DNA from: a virus
Taxonomy: Duplodnaviria > Caudoviricetes
Virus record (IMG/VR): IMGVR_UViG_3300033463_000011
Span: 136,234-200,233 of that record
DNA length: 64,000 nt
Reading direction: 5' to 3' (one strand)
Both the position numbers and the translations under genes were made by a program. How positions within the stretch are numbered: position 1 is the stretch's first letter; every line of letters begins with the position of its first letter. This document shows, in pieces, positions 18,075 through 27,952 of the stretch. Below the pieces are notes generated by a model. The model was not told where the DNA came from. It did not search any database and was given only the letters and a program-made list of their open reading frames with translations.

Positions 18075-19568
18075 ATGGCTAAAAAAGCTACAGTAACATC
18101 AGCTATCGAAGAGCCTAAGAATACATCTTCTGTGCTCGGAACATTTACTGGTAAGTGTTGCGATGCAGCTGTGTTCAACAATAACTCAATGAAGCTTAAT
18201 AGGGAGTTATTTGAGAAGTTACTTGATTCTGATGAATACAAGGACGCAATAGAGCATAGATATTATATCGGATTTTTAGGTCACCCAGAAGATCCCGGTT
18301 GCCAAAATTTCAAAGATGCATGTATTGTAATGACATCTATGGAAATAACTTCTGATGATGAAATACTCGGCACATTTGACTTAGTAGATACTCCTGTAGG
18401 TAGGATTGTTAAGTCATTTATCGATGCAGGTGTTGAATGGGGAATTTCAATCAGAGGCGCAGGCGATGTAGATAGTGAAGGTAATGTAGATCCTGATACA
18501 TTCGTATTTAGAGGTTTCGACTTAGTTGCATTTCCTGCTTACGGTGACGCAGTTCCTGAATTCCAGCAAGTTGCAGCTTCATCTAACCTTGATGACCAAG
18601 TTAAGTTTAAGCGAGTTTGTGCTGCAATTGAAAAGAACATTAAAGAAGTTACTAGCCTTAATTCTATTGAAGCTATGCAGGAACAGTTTAATCCTGATTC
18701 AGACCAATATAAGAAGCTTGAAGCAAGGAAAGAAGATATTGGTGTAGGTACTGAAGATGAGTGCCCTGAATGTTCTGATGAAGATAAACAGGAAATACTC
18801 GCTAAGAAACTTCAAGCAGTAACAAATCTTTACATTGAAGAACACAATAAAAATAAAGAACTCGAATCTGCTTTAGCATCAACTCAATTACAATATGATA
18901 GAGAAATACAGAGCATCAAGAGAATAAAAGCAAGTCAAGATAAGTTAATGCAATCCAAGTTGGAAACTATTAAAGCATCAAATCAAAAATTATTAAAATC
19001 TAATCACGGATTAGTGCTCGCTAACAAGCAGTTATCTAACGATTTAGAAACATTAGAAGCGGAAAATTCTCAAATAGCTAAAGAATTAAACGCATCTAAT
19101 AAAAATAACCTTATTTATAAACAGAAGATAGAGAGTTCCTCTACTGATATCCAAACTAAAGATACGCAGATTGCTGAATTGCGTGAAAAGCTTAACAAGA
19201 CTGTTGTTGCAAGTACAAACGCAAGGAAAGAAGCATCAAACCGTGGTGAGCAACTGGAAAGCCTTAAGGAAGAGATATCAGCTTCTAATCAAGAGCTTGA
19301 TGAAATGTTAACACGAATTCAAGCGATGGAAGAAACGATTCATGAATATCAGCAAGCATACGCTAATATTTATGCAAACGCAATAGGAATTCAAGCATCT
19401 GGTTTATCTGTTACTGCATCAACTTCTGTTAGCGATTTGGAAAACTTAATCAAATGCGCAACGAATACATCAAATATCGGAGCAATGCCGTCGTTCAGTG
19501 AAGAAGACGAAGAAGCATTTCTTCCATCCGATGTAACTAACAGTGGAAACGATTTAGCAGTACTTTAA
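18075..19568 (+). CDS. Prohead protease (T4 gp21-like, clan SH) fused to coiled-coil scaffold
   Basis: LGHP, DTPVG, GISIRGAG, FDLVAFPA motifs; long heptad C-terminus; directly upstream of the capsid gene. Confidence 0.88.
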   Translation: MAKKATVTSAIEEPKNTSSVLGTFTGKCCDAAVFNNNSMKLNRELFEKLLDSDEYKDAIEHRYYIGFLGHPEDPGCQNFKDACIVMTSMEITSDDEILGTFDLVDTPVGRIVKSFIDAGVEWGISIRGAGDVDSEGNVDPDTFVFRGFDLVAFPAYGDAVPEFQQVAASSNLDDQVKFKRVCAAIEKNIKEVTSLNSIEAMQEQFNPDSDQYKKLEARKEDIGVGTEDECPECSDEDKQEILAKKLQAVTNLYIEEHNKNKELESALASTQLQYDREIQSIKRIKASQDKLMQSKLETIKASNQKLLKSNHGLVLANKQLSNDLETLEAENSQIAKELNASNKNNLIYKQKIESSSTDIQTKDTQIAELREKLNKTVVASTNARKEASNRGEQLESLKEEISASNQELDEMLTRIQAMEETIHEYQQAYANIYANAIGIQASGLSVTASTSVSDLENLIKCATNTSNIGAMPSFSEEDEEAFLPSDVTNSGNDLAVL

Positions 19569-19602
19569 TTATTTTAAAGATATTAAACATTAGGAGACTA
19601 AC

Positions 19603-21042
19603 ATGGCTATTAAAAAGACAACTCGTAGAGTTACCCCTACTAGCATTACAGCTGCAAGAAGTCTTAATAGACCCGCAAGAATTGGTTATTCCGCACCTCG
19701 CAGCATCAATGCAGGCACATCAATCACATCTGCTTCTCGCAGATCCGCAAGACCTGTAAGCAGAACAGCTTCTTCTGTAGAGCTTACACAGCAGCAGAGA
19801 GTTTTCTGCAATCAGCTCATTGCAAACACACGTAAGCTTGCTCCTGTTATGGCAGCAACAAACACATCAAACATCATGGCTAAGCCTGAGTTCACAGAGC
19901 TCCTTCCTCTCTTCGTACAGAAGTTGCTCGTTCTCGATGTATTTGGTTCAGTAGCAATGAATTCTCGTCAGCAGATCATTCCTTACTTCAAGTTCATCGC
20001 AGAGAACACAAAGGGTGAGACAGCTGCAGGTACAATCCTCTCTTCTGCTTTCGTAAACAGACAGGGAATGGATCCGAACTTCACAGGTCGTGTAATTAAG
20101 AATGAGGCAGTTGCTAACAGCACACTCGTTTATACACCTATCCTTCCTGGTTCAGTTTCTATCTCCGATGGTACTAATGTATACATCGACGATGGTGCTG
20201 GTAACCTCATTAAGAAGTCTGATTCTTCTAGCGCAGGTACAATCAATTATGCTACTGGTGCAATTGGCACACTTGTAGGAACACTTTCTGCTTCTTATGA
20301 GTATGACAACGAGACAGTAGGTCCTGACCAGAATGGTCAGTATGGTGCTAAGATGGCTAAGGGCTATCTCCAGCTCGATGAGATCAACATGGTAGCAGAA
20401 GCACACGAGATCGCTTGCTACTGGTCAATCTATTCTGCATTCGCAGCTCAGCAGGAGTACGGTGCAAACATCGGCGAGATTTCTAAGGAAGCTGCTTTCT
20501 CTGAACTCACAGCAGAAATCAACAGCGCTTGCTTCAACGAACTCGCTCAGGCAGCTACATACAATCCTCAGTTCAACTGGGATGCATCTCTTGCATTCAA
20601 CGGTGCTGTAATGCCTTCTGATTTCCTTAACCTCTTCAAGTTCAAGCTTGACGATGCAGCTAACGCAGTATACCAGGCAACAAACCTCACAAGACCTAAC
20701 AGACTCATTGTTGGTACAAAGGTTGCTTCTCTCATTTCCAGACTTCCTGGTTTCTCTTCTGGTGCACCTGAGGAAACAGTTGGACCTTACAAGCTCGGTA
20801 CACTTGATCAGTATGTTATCTACGTAGATCCTTACTATGATCCGAATACTTGGGTAATGTGCGCTAAGAGCAACGACATTAGACGTAACTCTGCACTTTA
20901 CGGCGAATATATGCCTATGGTAAAGACAGACGATATCGGTCTTGCTAACGCTAGTGTACAATCCGGTTTTGCAACTATGTACGCAACCAAGATCGTCAAT
21001 CCGGCAACAATTATTTCCGGTAAGGTTCTCGGCGCATTCTAA
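19603..21042 (+). CDS. Major capsid protein, T4 gp23-like
   Basis: W S..AAQ, EL.AEIN, G.L....IYVDPY, Y..YMP, GF.T.YA motifs; strong high-expression codon bias. Confidence 0.9.
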   Translation: MAIKKTTRRVTPTSITAARSLNRPARIGYSAPRSINAGTSITSASRRSARPVSRTASSVELTQQQRVFCNQLIANTRKLAPVMAATNTSNIMAKPEFTELLPLFVQKLLVLDVFGSVAMNSRQQIIPYFKFIAENTKGETAAGTILSSAFVNRQGMDPNFTGRVIKNEAVANSTLVYTPILPGSVSISDGTNVYIDDGAGNLIKKSDSSSAGTINYATGAIGTLVGTLSASYEYDNETVGPDQNGQYGAKMAKGYLQLDEINMVAEAHEIACYWSIYSAFAAQQEYGANIGEISKEAAFSELTAEINSACFNELAQAATYNPQFNWDASLAFNGAVMPSDFLNLFKFKLDDAANAVYQATNLTRPNRLIVGTKVASLISRLPGFSSGAPEETVGPYKLGTLDQYVIYVDPYYDPNTWVMCAKSNDIRRNSALYGEYMPMVKTDDIGLANASVQSGFATMYATKIVNPATIISGKVLGAF

Positions 21043-21117
21043 TTCAATTAGAATTAACAGTGCCTTTACCTGACCAGTTTAGGTACTTTCAAAATTTCGA
21101 TTTCACTTCAAAATTAG

Positions 21118-21146
21118 AGACCCTCGAGAAATCGAGGGTCTTTTTT
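21118..21146 (+). terminator. Intrinsic terminator after the major capsid gene
   Basis: AGACCCTCGA-GAAA-TCGAGGGTCT + T run. Confidence 0.9.
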
Positions 21147-21244
21147 ATTTGTTAAAAATATTCTTAATAACGCAGAGTTTTCGAATATATCGTTTATTTT
21201 TGTTATAATTGATATTATAATATTAGTATAGGAGGCAATACATA

Positions 21245-23131
21245 ATGAGTACACCCGGACCTAATGTTATTAAGATATGTAAGAAATGTGGTATAGAATA
21301 TCATCCTAAATCCTGTAGGCAACAATGTTGCAACAGACCGATTAAAACACCTTGTGTTGTTTGCGGTAAATTAATGGATCAAATATGTACATTTGCTGCA
21401 CAGAATGAGACTTGCAGTATTGAATGTCAAACTATTTTGATTAAGCAGAAAAGAGAGGCTTCAGCTAAGAAAATAACTAAGAAGTGCAAATGGTGCGGAA
21501 AAGAATTTAGCCCAAATTCTGTTAGAGACGTATATTGTTCTGGACCTCATTATGCTACTTGTGAAGCCTGCGGTAAGCAATTTGAAATAGATGTTAAAAA
21601 AGATATAAATAGAAAAACTTGTTCAAATGAATGCAGATACATAATAGCTCAACAAAATACAGATAGAGAAGCTGTTGTTAATCATATGAAGGAAAACCTT
21701 AAAGCTAAATACGGCGAAGGGGTTGAAAATCCTATGCAAGTTCCTGGAGTTATTGAAAAAATAAAAGAGACAAATAAAAAGAAATATGGAACTGAATGGT
21801 ATACACAAACTCAATCATACCGAGATTCAGTTAAAACAACATGTTTAGAGAAGTACGGCGTTGAACATCATTTATCCGCAGGAGAAGTAATTGCAAAGAG
21901 AGCTGATACAGTTAAGAAAAAATATGGTGTTGATAACGTGTTTAAATGCGATGCGATTAAGAAACAATCTAAACAATCTTTGTTAGCAAAATATGGTGTT
22001 GAGTATCCGAGTCAGTCTCCAGAAATACACAAGAAGCAATATATAAATAGAAAAAATAATATTGCATCTGATGGTAAACTATTTGACAGTAGTTATGAAC
22101 GGCAGTTTTACGATTTTTTGATACAATTAGGATATCAAGATATAATCCAAACACAAGTGCCTATCTCTTTTGAATATAACGGAAAATCTCATGTATTACT
22201 TATAGACTTTAAAGTAGGTGAGCTGCTATTTGAAGTTAAAGGATCGCATTTACTAGACGGTGTATATGATCATAAACAAGTAATCCCTATTGATATCAAG
22301 CTTGATGTGTATAGGAAGAATCATGTTATCATAATAACAGATAAAACTGATAAAGTAGATGATATATTTGGTAGACCTGATAGTTCTAAATCTAATGGAT
22401 TTCGGTATCCAGAAAAATGTCAATATCCGCTTATAGGTATAGACATTGATTTATTTTCAGAACACCCCGAATTTCCATATGCTTCTGATAAGCCTAAATG
22501 TTTCTATAATGTACAAGTAGACGGAAATACAAGTACTTATGACGCCTTCTATGACCCTAAGATTCGATGGAAAATGATTATCAACAGAATAGAATATGTT
22601 GGCGGATTTATAGATAATAAGCAAATATTGACTGCAATGAATGTTACTCGAACAAGTAAGCAACCTTCCTGGTTTTCTACAGAATACGCAGTTAATTTAA
22701 TTCAAAAATATTGTACTTCTAATATAATCGTAGACCCATTCGCAGGTTGGGGAGCAAGATGTGATGCTTCCAGATATTTAGGTAAACAATATATCGGAGT
22801 AGATTTGAATTCAGAATTAGTAGATTGGCATAAATCTCTAGGGCGACCGATTGAATTAGGTGATGCTAAAGAATTTAAATATGATAAAGAATGTTCAGTG
22901 TTTATTTGTCCTCCATATGGTGATAGAGAAATCTATTTTGAAGGGCAAGATACAGAATTATCCGAATGTCAATGGTTAAGTATAGTAATGAAAAATGTAC
23001 CTAATGCAAGCGAATATGTAATGGTATGTAAGCAAGTGGACTCAGGTTGGGAAAAATACATAGTTGAAACGAAAGAAAACAAAAGTCATCTAGGGAAGAA
23101 TATTGAATATGTTTTACTTGTCCGCAAATAA
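21245..23131 (+). CDS. Zn-finger/KYG-repeat PD-(D/E)xK endonuclease-like protein fused to a DNA amino-methyltransferase domain
   Basis: CxxC repeats, KYG repeats, FDSSYE...IDF...EVKG, then VDPFAGWG (motif I) and CPPY (motif IV). Confidence 0.7.
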   Translation: MSTPGPNVIKICKKCGIEYHPKSCRQQCCNRPIKTPCVVCGKLMDQICTFAAQNETCSIECQTILIKQKREASAKKITKKCKWCGKEFSPNSVRDVYCSGPHYATCEACGKQFEIDVKKDINRKTCSNECRYIIAQQNTDREAVVNHMKENLKAKYGEGVENPMQVPGVIEKIKETNKKKYGTEWYTQTQSYRDSVKTTCLEKYGVEHHLSAGEVIAKRADTVKKKYGVDNVFKCDAIKKQSKQSLLAKYGVEYPSQSPEIHKKQYINRKNNIASDGKLFDSSYERQFYDFLIQLGYQDIIQTQVPISFEYNGKSHVLLIDFKVGELLFEVKGSHLLDGVYDHKQVIPIDIKLDVYRKNHVIIITDKTDKVDDIFGRPDSSKSNGFRYPEKCQYPLIGIDIDLFSEHPEFPYASDKPKCFYNVQVDGNTSTYDAFYDPKIRWKMIINRIEYVGGFIDNKQILTAMNVTRTSKQPSWFSTEYAVNLIQKYCTSNIIVDPFAGWGARCDASRYLGKQYIGVDLNSELVDWHKSLGRPIELGDAKEFKYDKECSVFICPPYGDREIYFEGQDTELSECQWLSIVMKNVPNASEYVMVCKQVDSGWEKYIVETKENKSHLGKNIEYVLLVRK

Positions 23132-23156
23132 AATTTAGATTTCACTTCAAAAATTC

Positions 23157-23186
23157 AGGGCTTCCGGGAAATCGGGAGCCCTTTTT
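23157..23186 (+). terminator. Intrinsic terminator
   Basis: AGGGCTTCCGG-GAAA-TCGGGAGCCCT + T run. Confidence 0.85.
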
Positions 23187-23275
23187 ATTTTGGTATTCTA
23201 TATTTAAATTTACTACGATATATACTATAATAATGATCAATATATAATCGTTATTTAATTTAGGAGGATATTATT

Positions 23276-25084
23276 ATGTTATATCATAAGATATGTGAAA
23301 AATGTAATTTACCTTTTGATACTACTAATTATAGAAAACGATTTTGTGATAGAGAGCATTATAGTATATGTAAGGTATGCGGTAGCAATTATTTGCTTAC
23401 TAATGATCAGTTGATTAATCCTAATCAAAAATGTACATGTTCTAAGAAATGTGCTGCACAATTACGTAAGCAGACTAATTTAGACAAATATGGTGCAGAA
23501 AATCCTATGCAAGCAGAATCTGTTAAAGCAAAAGCAATAGACACTAATATGAAGAAATATGGGGTCGCTAATCCTATGCAGTCTGAAGAGATAAGGAGAC
23601 GATGGGAGGATAATAATGAAAAGCGCACAGGATACAGGCATCATTGGGCTAATCCAGAAGTAATTGCTAAAAGCGAATCTACTTGGGAACTTAATTATGG
23701 CGAGAATATTAAACGACCACTTCAATCTGATAAAGTTAAACAACGTGCGATAGCTACATGTCTAGACAAATACAGTGCAGAAAATCCTATGCAGAATCTA
23801 GATATTAAATCTAAAGCGCAGAATACTAATCTTATTCGATATGGAAGTAAGAATGTAATGGCTAATGACGAGATTAGGAAAAGACAACAGAATACTATGT
23901 TAATTCGATATGGTGTTCCGTTTCATTCTCAGACTGATGCACACATATTATCAGTTATGCTGAATCCATCAAGGTTATCGTTCTATCGTGAATTTCAAAG
24001 AGATCCTAAAGCGTTTATCCACAAGTACTTCAAAGAAAAACCTAGTTTAGATGAACTATATGAAATAACTGGTGTAGGTCATGAAGCTGTTACTAATACT
24101 TTAGCTAAGTTTGATTGCAGAGACGAAGTAGCTTTTGTATATTCTACTATGGAAAGAGAAGTTATACACACGCTAAGAAATATAGATTCTAGCATAGTAA
24201 TAGAAACAAATACTCATAAGATTATAACTCCATATGAAATAGACATCTATTTACCTGAATATAAGATAGGCATTGAATGTAATCCGACTTCAACTCATAA
24301 TTCTTCTATAGCTCTGTTTAATATAGATGACAAAAATGAACCTACTCCTAAAGGTTATCATAAAATGAAATCAGATTTAGCTGAGCAGAACGGGATATTT
24401 TTATTTCATATTTTTGGTTATGAGTGGAAGTATAAGCAAGAGATAATTATATCTATGTTGCAAAATCTTATTGGTAAGAATGAGAATAAGATATATGCGA
24501 GAAATACTGTGATTCGAGAAGTAGATAGTGTTACTGCAGTGCAGTTTCTTAATGCTAATCATCGCCAGGGCAGAGTATTTTCTCCGATTAGATTAGGTTT
24601 ATATACTAAAGATACTAACGAATTAGTTTCTTTGATGACTTTCGGCAAGTTAAGGAGGACTATGGGCACTAATAAAGAAGTAGGCGAAAATGTTTGGGAG
24701 TTAACTAGATTCTGCAACAAGATTAATACATCAGTAGTCGGCGGAGCAAGCAAGTTATTTAAGTATTTTGTAGATAATTATCAGCCAGAAGAAATTCGCT
24801 CATTTTCTGATAGAGCTCATACTAGAGGTAATCTTTATTCTACTTTAGGATTTACTGAATTAAGACGAAGTGGAGAAAGTTATGTCTGGATAGATCTAAA
24901 AACAGACAGAGCATTTCACAGAATTCATGCACAGAAGCATAACATAAAGAGATTCTTAAATGATTATGATATAGATTTAAATAAAACAGAATTCCAGATA
25001 ATGGAAGAACATGGATTTGTTTCATTATTTGATAGCGGAACAATAACTTGGCAATGGAAGCCTGATAACCTTTTATGTATATAG
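23276..25084 (+). CDS. Hef-like putative homing endonuclease with C-terminal GNAT-like domain
   Basis: Zn fingers, KYG repeats, EIDIYLP..KIGIECN nuclease core, WELTRFC..VGGASKL..SDR..Y..LGF C-terminal domain. Confidence 0.7.
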   Translation: MLYHKICEKCNLPFDTTNYRKRFCDREHYSICKVCGSNYLLTNDQLINPNQKCTCSKKCAAQLRKQTNLDKYGAENPMQAESVKAKAIDTNMKKYGVANPMQSEEIRRRWEDNNEKRTGYRHHWANPEVIAKSESTWELNYGENIKRPLQSDKVKQRAIATCLDKYSAENPMQNLDIKSKAQNTNLIRYGSKNVMANDEIRKRQQNTMLIRYGVPFHSQTDAHILSVMLNPSRLSFYREFQRDPKAFIHKYFKEKPSLDELYEITGVGHEAVTNTLAKFDCRDEVAFVYSTMEREVIHTLRNIDSSIVIETNTHKIITPYEIDIYLPEYKIGIECNPTSTHNSSIALFNIDDKNEPTPKGYHKMKSDLAEQNGIFLFHIFGYEWKYKQEIIISMLQNLIGKNENKIYARNTVIREVDSVTAVQFLNANHRQGRVFSPIRLGLYTKDTNELVSLMTFGKLRRTMGTNKEVGENVWELTRFCNKINTSVVGGASKLFKYFVDNYQPEEIRSFSDRAHTRGNLYSTLGFTELRRSGESYVWIDLKTDRAFHRIHAQKHNIKRFLNDYDIDLNKTEFQIMEEHGFVSLFDSGTITWQWKPDNLLCI

Positions 25085-25117
25085 CGAAACTTATTTTTGA
25101 TAGGTAAAATACAGTAT

Positions 25118-25867
25118 ATGAAGATATACATAAAGAGCACCATATCAAATACTAGGAATTATGATCGTGTAAGGGCATCAAAAGTTACACGAGATTTTGT
25201 TATTTCTTTTTTCAATAAAAATAGCGTTGTTCTTTCTAGAAGCCAAATAAATGATATTGTATCCGGAATTCTTATGTGGAAAAATAAGAATGGCCTTTGT
25301 TATCATCATGTAGATTTAAACCCCAGACATAATGAAATCTTAAACAATATTGTATTAATAACTAGCAGTGCTCACGGATATATTCATATACCTTCAGTTG
25401 AGTTGAAATTATATAGAAGATATCATCTAGTAATTCCAGGATATATTCAAGGTCCTAAAGCAGAAGAACTAGAATTAAAAATGTATAATAACTTATTTGA
25501 TGAACTTGGTGGATCCGCTAAATACTGTGTTTTGCAATTAGTTGAACCACTATTAAACTACGTATCTAATAATCCTTCATTTGATGCTAATGATATCTTA
25601 AATTATTTATCGGGGTGTAATATCATATGGATAGATAAACATATTATTGCAGATATTGTAAACAGCGTTGATTACAATAACACTGAAAATGTGAATTACG
25701 TAGATGAAGTAACGGGAGCTGAAATTTCTAATTTAATTGTATCCAAGTATGCAAATTCCGAAGATAAGTTTACACAGACTACAATACCATGCATATTAGA
25801 TTTTATAAATTCTAATATGATGACACGAGAAGAAATTCTTAAATATTGCATCGAGTTAGACAACTAA
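25118..25867 (+). CDS. HNH-motif protein with MKIYIKS leader
   Basis: HHVDLNPRHNEILNN.....AH..IH HNH signature; start moved to ATG 25118. Confidence 0.65.
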   Translation: MKIYIKSTISNTRNYDRVRASKVTRDFVISFFNKNSVVLSRSQINDIVSGILMWKNKNGLCYHHVDLNPRHNEILNNIVLITSSAHGYIHIPSVELKLYRRYHLVIPGYIQGPKAEELELKMYNNLFDELGGSAKYCVLQLVEPLLNYVSNNPSFDANDILNYLSGCNIIWIDKHIIADIVNSVDYNNTENVNYVDEVTGAEISNLIVSKYANSEDKFTQTTIPCILDFINSNMMTREEILKYCIELDN

Positions 25868-25981
25868 CAATTTATTTTTTTCATTAAATGATTAACAAAC
25901 GGCCTCATTAACTTGAGGCCATTATTATGTCCGATAAACCTTTTTTAATAGTAACATATATTTTATTAATGGAGAATTACT

Positions 25982-26911
25982 GTGAAAATATATTGTAGGA
26001 CTGCGGATATGGAAAACAGCAACGACCGCAAGCTGATTGCAGATTTTGAAGAACAAGTTGCGCATTATTCTGATGTAGTAACGCTTAAAATAGATAATGT
26101 TTATGATGCACATTCTGATGAATGCGATTTTGTTGTACATCCTGAAATTGGCTCAATTAATGTTCCCGGATTTACATTTACATTTGATGAAGATAATATG
26201 CATTGGTTTGCAACTTATGATAAATCAGGGCTTTCATTAGAAGTTCATTGGGTTTATATTAATCATTTAGATTATAGTATTGCTAACGGATTTGAGCTTT
26301 CTAATGATTTTGTCAGATGTATTTCAAAACAAGAAGAAGACATACAAGAAGTTTGTAGTAAGTTGAGAAATTTTAATTCGTATAAGAAATATCTCAGCAG
26401 AATTAAATCCGCAGTAGAGTCTAAGATTGATAATATATCTTTAGATGTAGAAACTTGCAATGAAAATCCTGCAAATGTACCTGCAGCAGATTTTCAATTA
26501 TACATAAACGGCAATCTATATAGAGATGGTAGAGGAAGATCAATATTTCCACTCACAGAGTCAATATATGATACAGATATAGCTTTTATAGTTAAAACTG
26601 TATCTAGATATGTTAATAAATATAAGAAAAATCCTGTAACAATGCGGTCAATGAGGGAGATGTATTCTATAGCTCCTAATGAAATTAAGAGCATTGCTAG
26701 TAGTTATAGATGGTGGATATGCAATGAGAAATGCGGCGGAGCTAATACTTTAGACGACGCACTAGAATACGTTCTCAAAAGAACATTCAATAATTCTCGC
26801 TGTTGGTTTCACAATGACGAAAAAACTCCACAAGATTTAAACATATTATTTAATTACGCAAAAGAAAATAATTTGTCAGTATCTGATTTCATAAAATTCT
26901 GTAGAGGATAA
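25982..26911 (+). CDS. Hypothetical protein with KIYC leader
   Basis: GTG start with GGAG RBS; AACCTT motif upstream. Confidence 0.75.
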   Translation: MKIYCRTADMENSNDRKLIADFEEQVAHYSDVVTLKIDNVYDAHSDECDFVVHPEIGSINVPGFTFTFDEDNMHWFATYDKSGLSLEVHWVYINHLDYSIANGFELSNDFVRCISKQEEDIQEVCSKLRNFNSYKKYLSRIKSAVESKIDNISLDVETCNENPANVPAADFQLYINGNLYRDGRGRSIFPLTESIYDTDIAFIVKTVSRYVNKYKKNPVTMRSMREMYSIAPNEIKSIASSYRWWICNEKCGGANTLDDALEYVLKRTFNNSRCWFHNDEKTPQDLNILFNYAKENNLSVSDFIKFCRG

Positions 26912-26915
26912 TATA

Positions 26916-27929
26916 ATGAAGCGATATATAAAAGCAGTTGATATAACAGATGATTTTGTTACGCAGTTAAGACAAGCAATAAATTATTTGTTTAAATACA
27001 CCTGCGATAAATATGGATTTGATTTGAGTAAAATCAGGATAGAAACGATCAAATTAGCAGAAAACTCCGTTAGAGTTTATTTCAGATATGAAAATAATTT
27101 ATTAGATATTAGCCTTAAGATACCATTTGATGAGTCTGTTACGCTCGAAGAAAATTTATGGGCAAACTGGATGATTGACGGTAAAAGTGATTATTATCCT
27201 GAAATGATAAAGGAGTTAATTGAGCATTCAGCACAGTTTAGCACGTATAGAGATAACATAATTTCTGCATACAATAGTATTGTAGAAATATTAAATAATT
27301 CTGAATTACTTGAATATTCGTTACAATTATCAACTCATTATAAAAATCGTGCTATAATATCTGGATTAGATGAGTTAAACGAATTCCTTGAGAGTACTGT
27401 ACTTAGGCAAGGTAGTTTCATTAATTTTAAAGTAGATCCTATAAGAATAAAATATTATCCTAACAGATTTTCAATAACTTTCGAAGACCCCGGCAATGGC
27501 CTTAATAGCCTTATCATTAAAGATAGTAAACATAATAACACAATTCAAATAAGTAGATGGCGATTATGCGATATTGGAACCAGCTTTGCATATGGTAACA
27601 AATTTAATGCTTCTGCATTCGAGAACAAGGTAAAAATTTACGAAGAAGATTTCAAAGAATACTTGTCAAGATTGATACATCTAAACGCATACAACAAACG
27701 TATCGCAGAATTTATAGCTAAAGCAGAAAAAGCTATCCCCGGTATTGAAATAGATTATCAATCAAATTATAACAACATTATATCACCGGAGTTCAAATAT
27801 CAAATTTCATATCCCTCATTGTTTGGTTCATTAGATAGACAAATTGATGATATATTCATTGATGACTTGGATAAGGTGATTAAAAATCTAAAGGCAACTG
27901 TAGCAAGGTATAAGAAGTCAGCAAAATAG
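26916..27929 (+). CDS. Hypothetical protein with MKRYIKA leader
   Basis: Long ORF; N-terminus resembles the next gene. Confidence 0.8.
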   Translation: MKRYIKAVDITDDFVTQLRQAINYLFKYTCDKYGFDLSKIRIETIKLAENSVRVYFRYENNLLDISLKIPFDESVTLEENLWANWMIDGKSDYYPEMIKELIEHSAQFSTYRDNIISAYNSIVEILNNSELLEYSLQLSTHYKNRAIISGLDELNEFLESTVLRQGSFINFKVDPIRIKYYPNRFSITFEDPGNGLNSLIIKDSKHNNTIQISRWRLCDIGTSFAYGNKFNASAFENKVKIYEEDFKEYLSRLIHLNAYNKRIAEFIAKAEKAIPGIEIDYQSNYNNIISPEFKYQISYPSLFGSLDRQIDDIFIDDLDKVIKNLKATVARYKKSAK

Positions 27930-27952
27930 TTCGATATAGTGAGGAAGATTAA

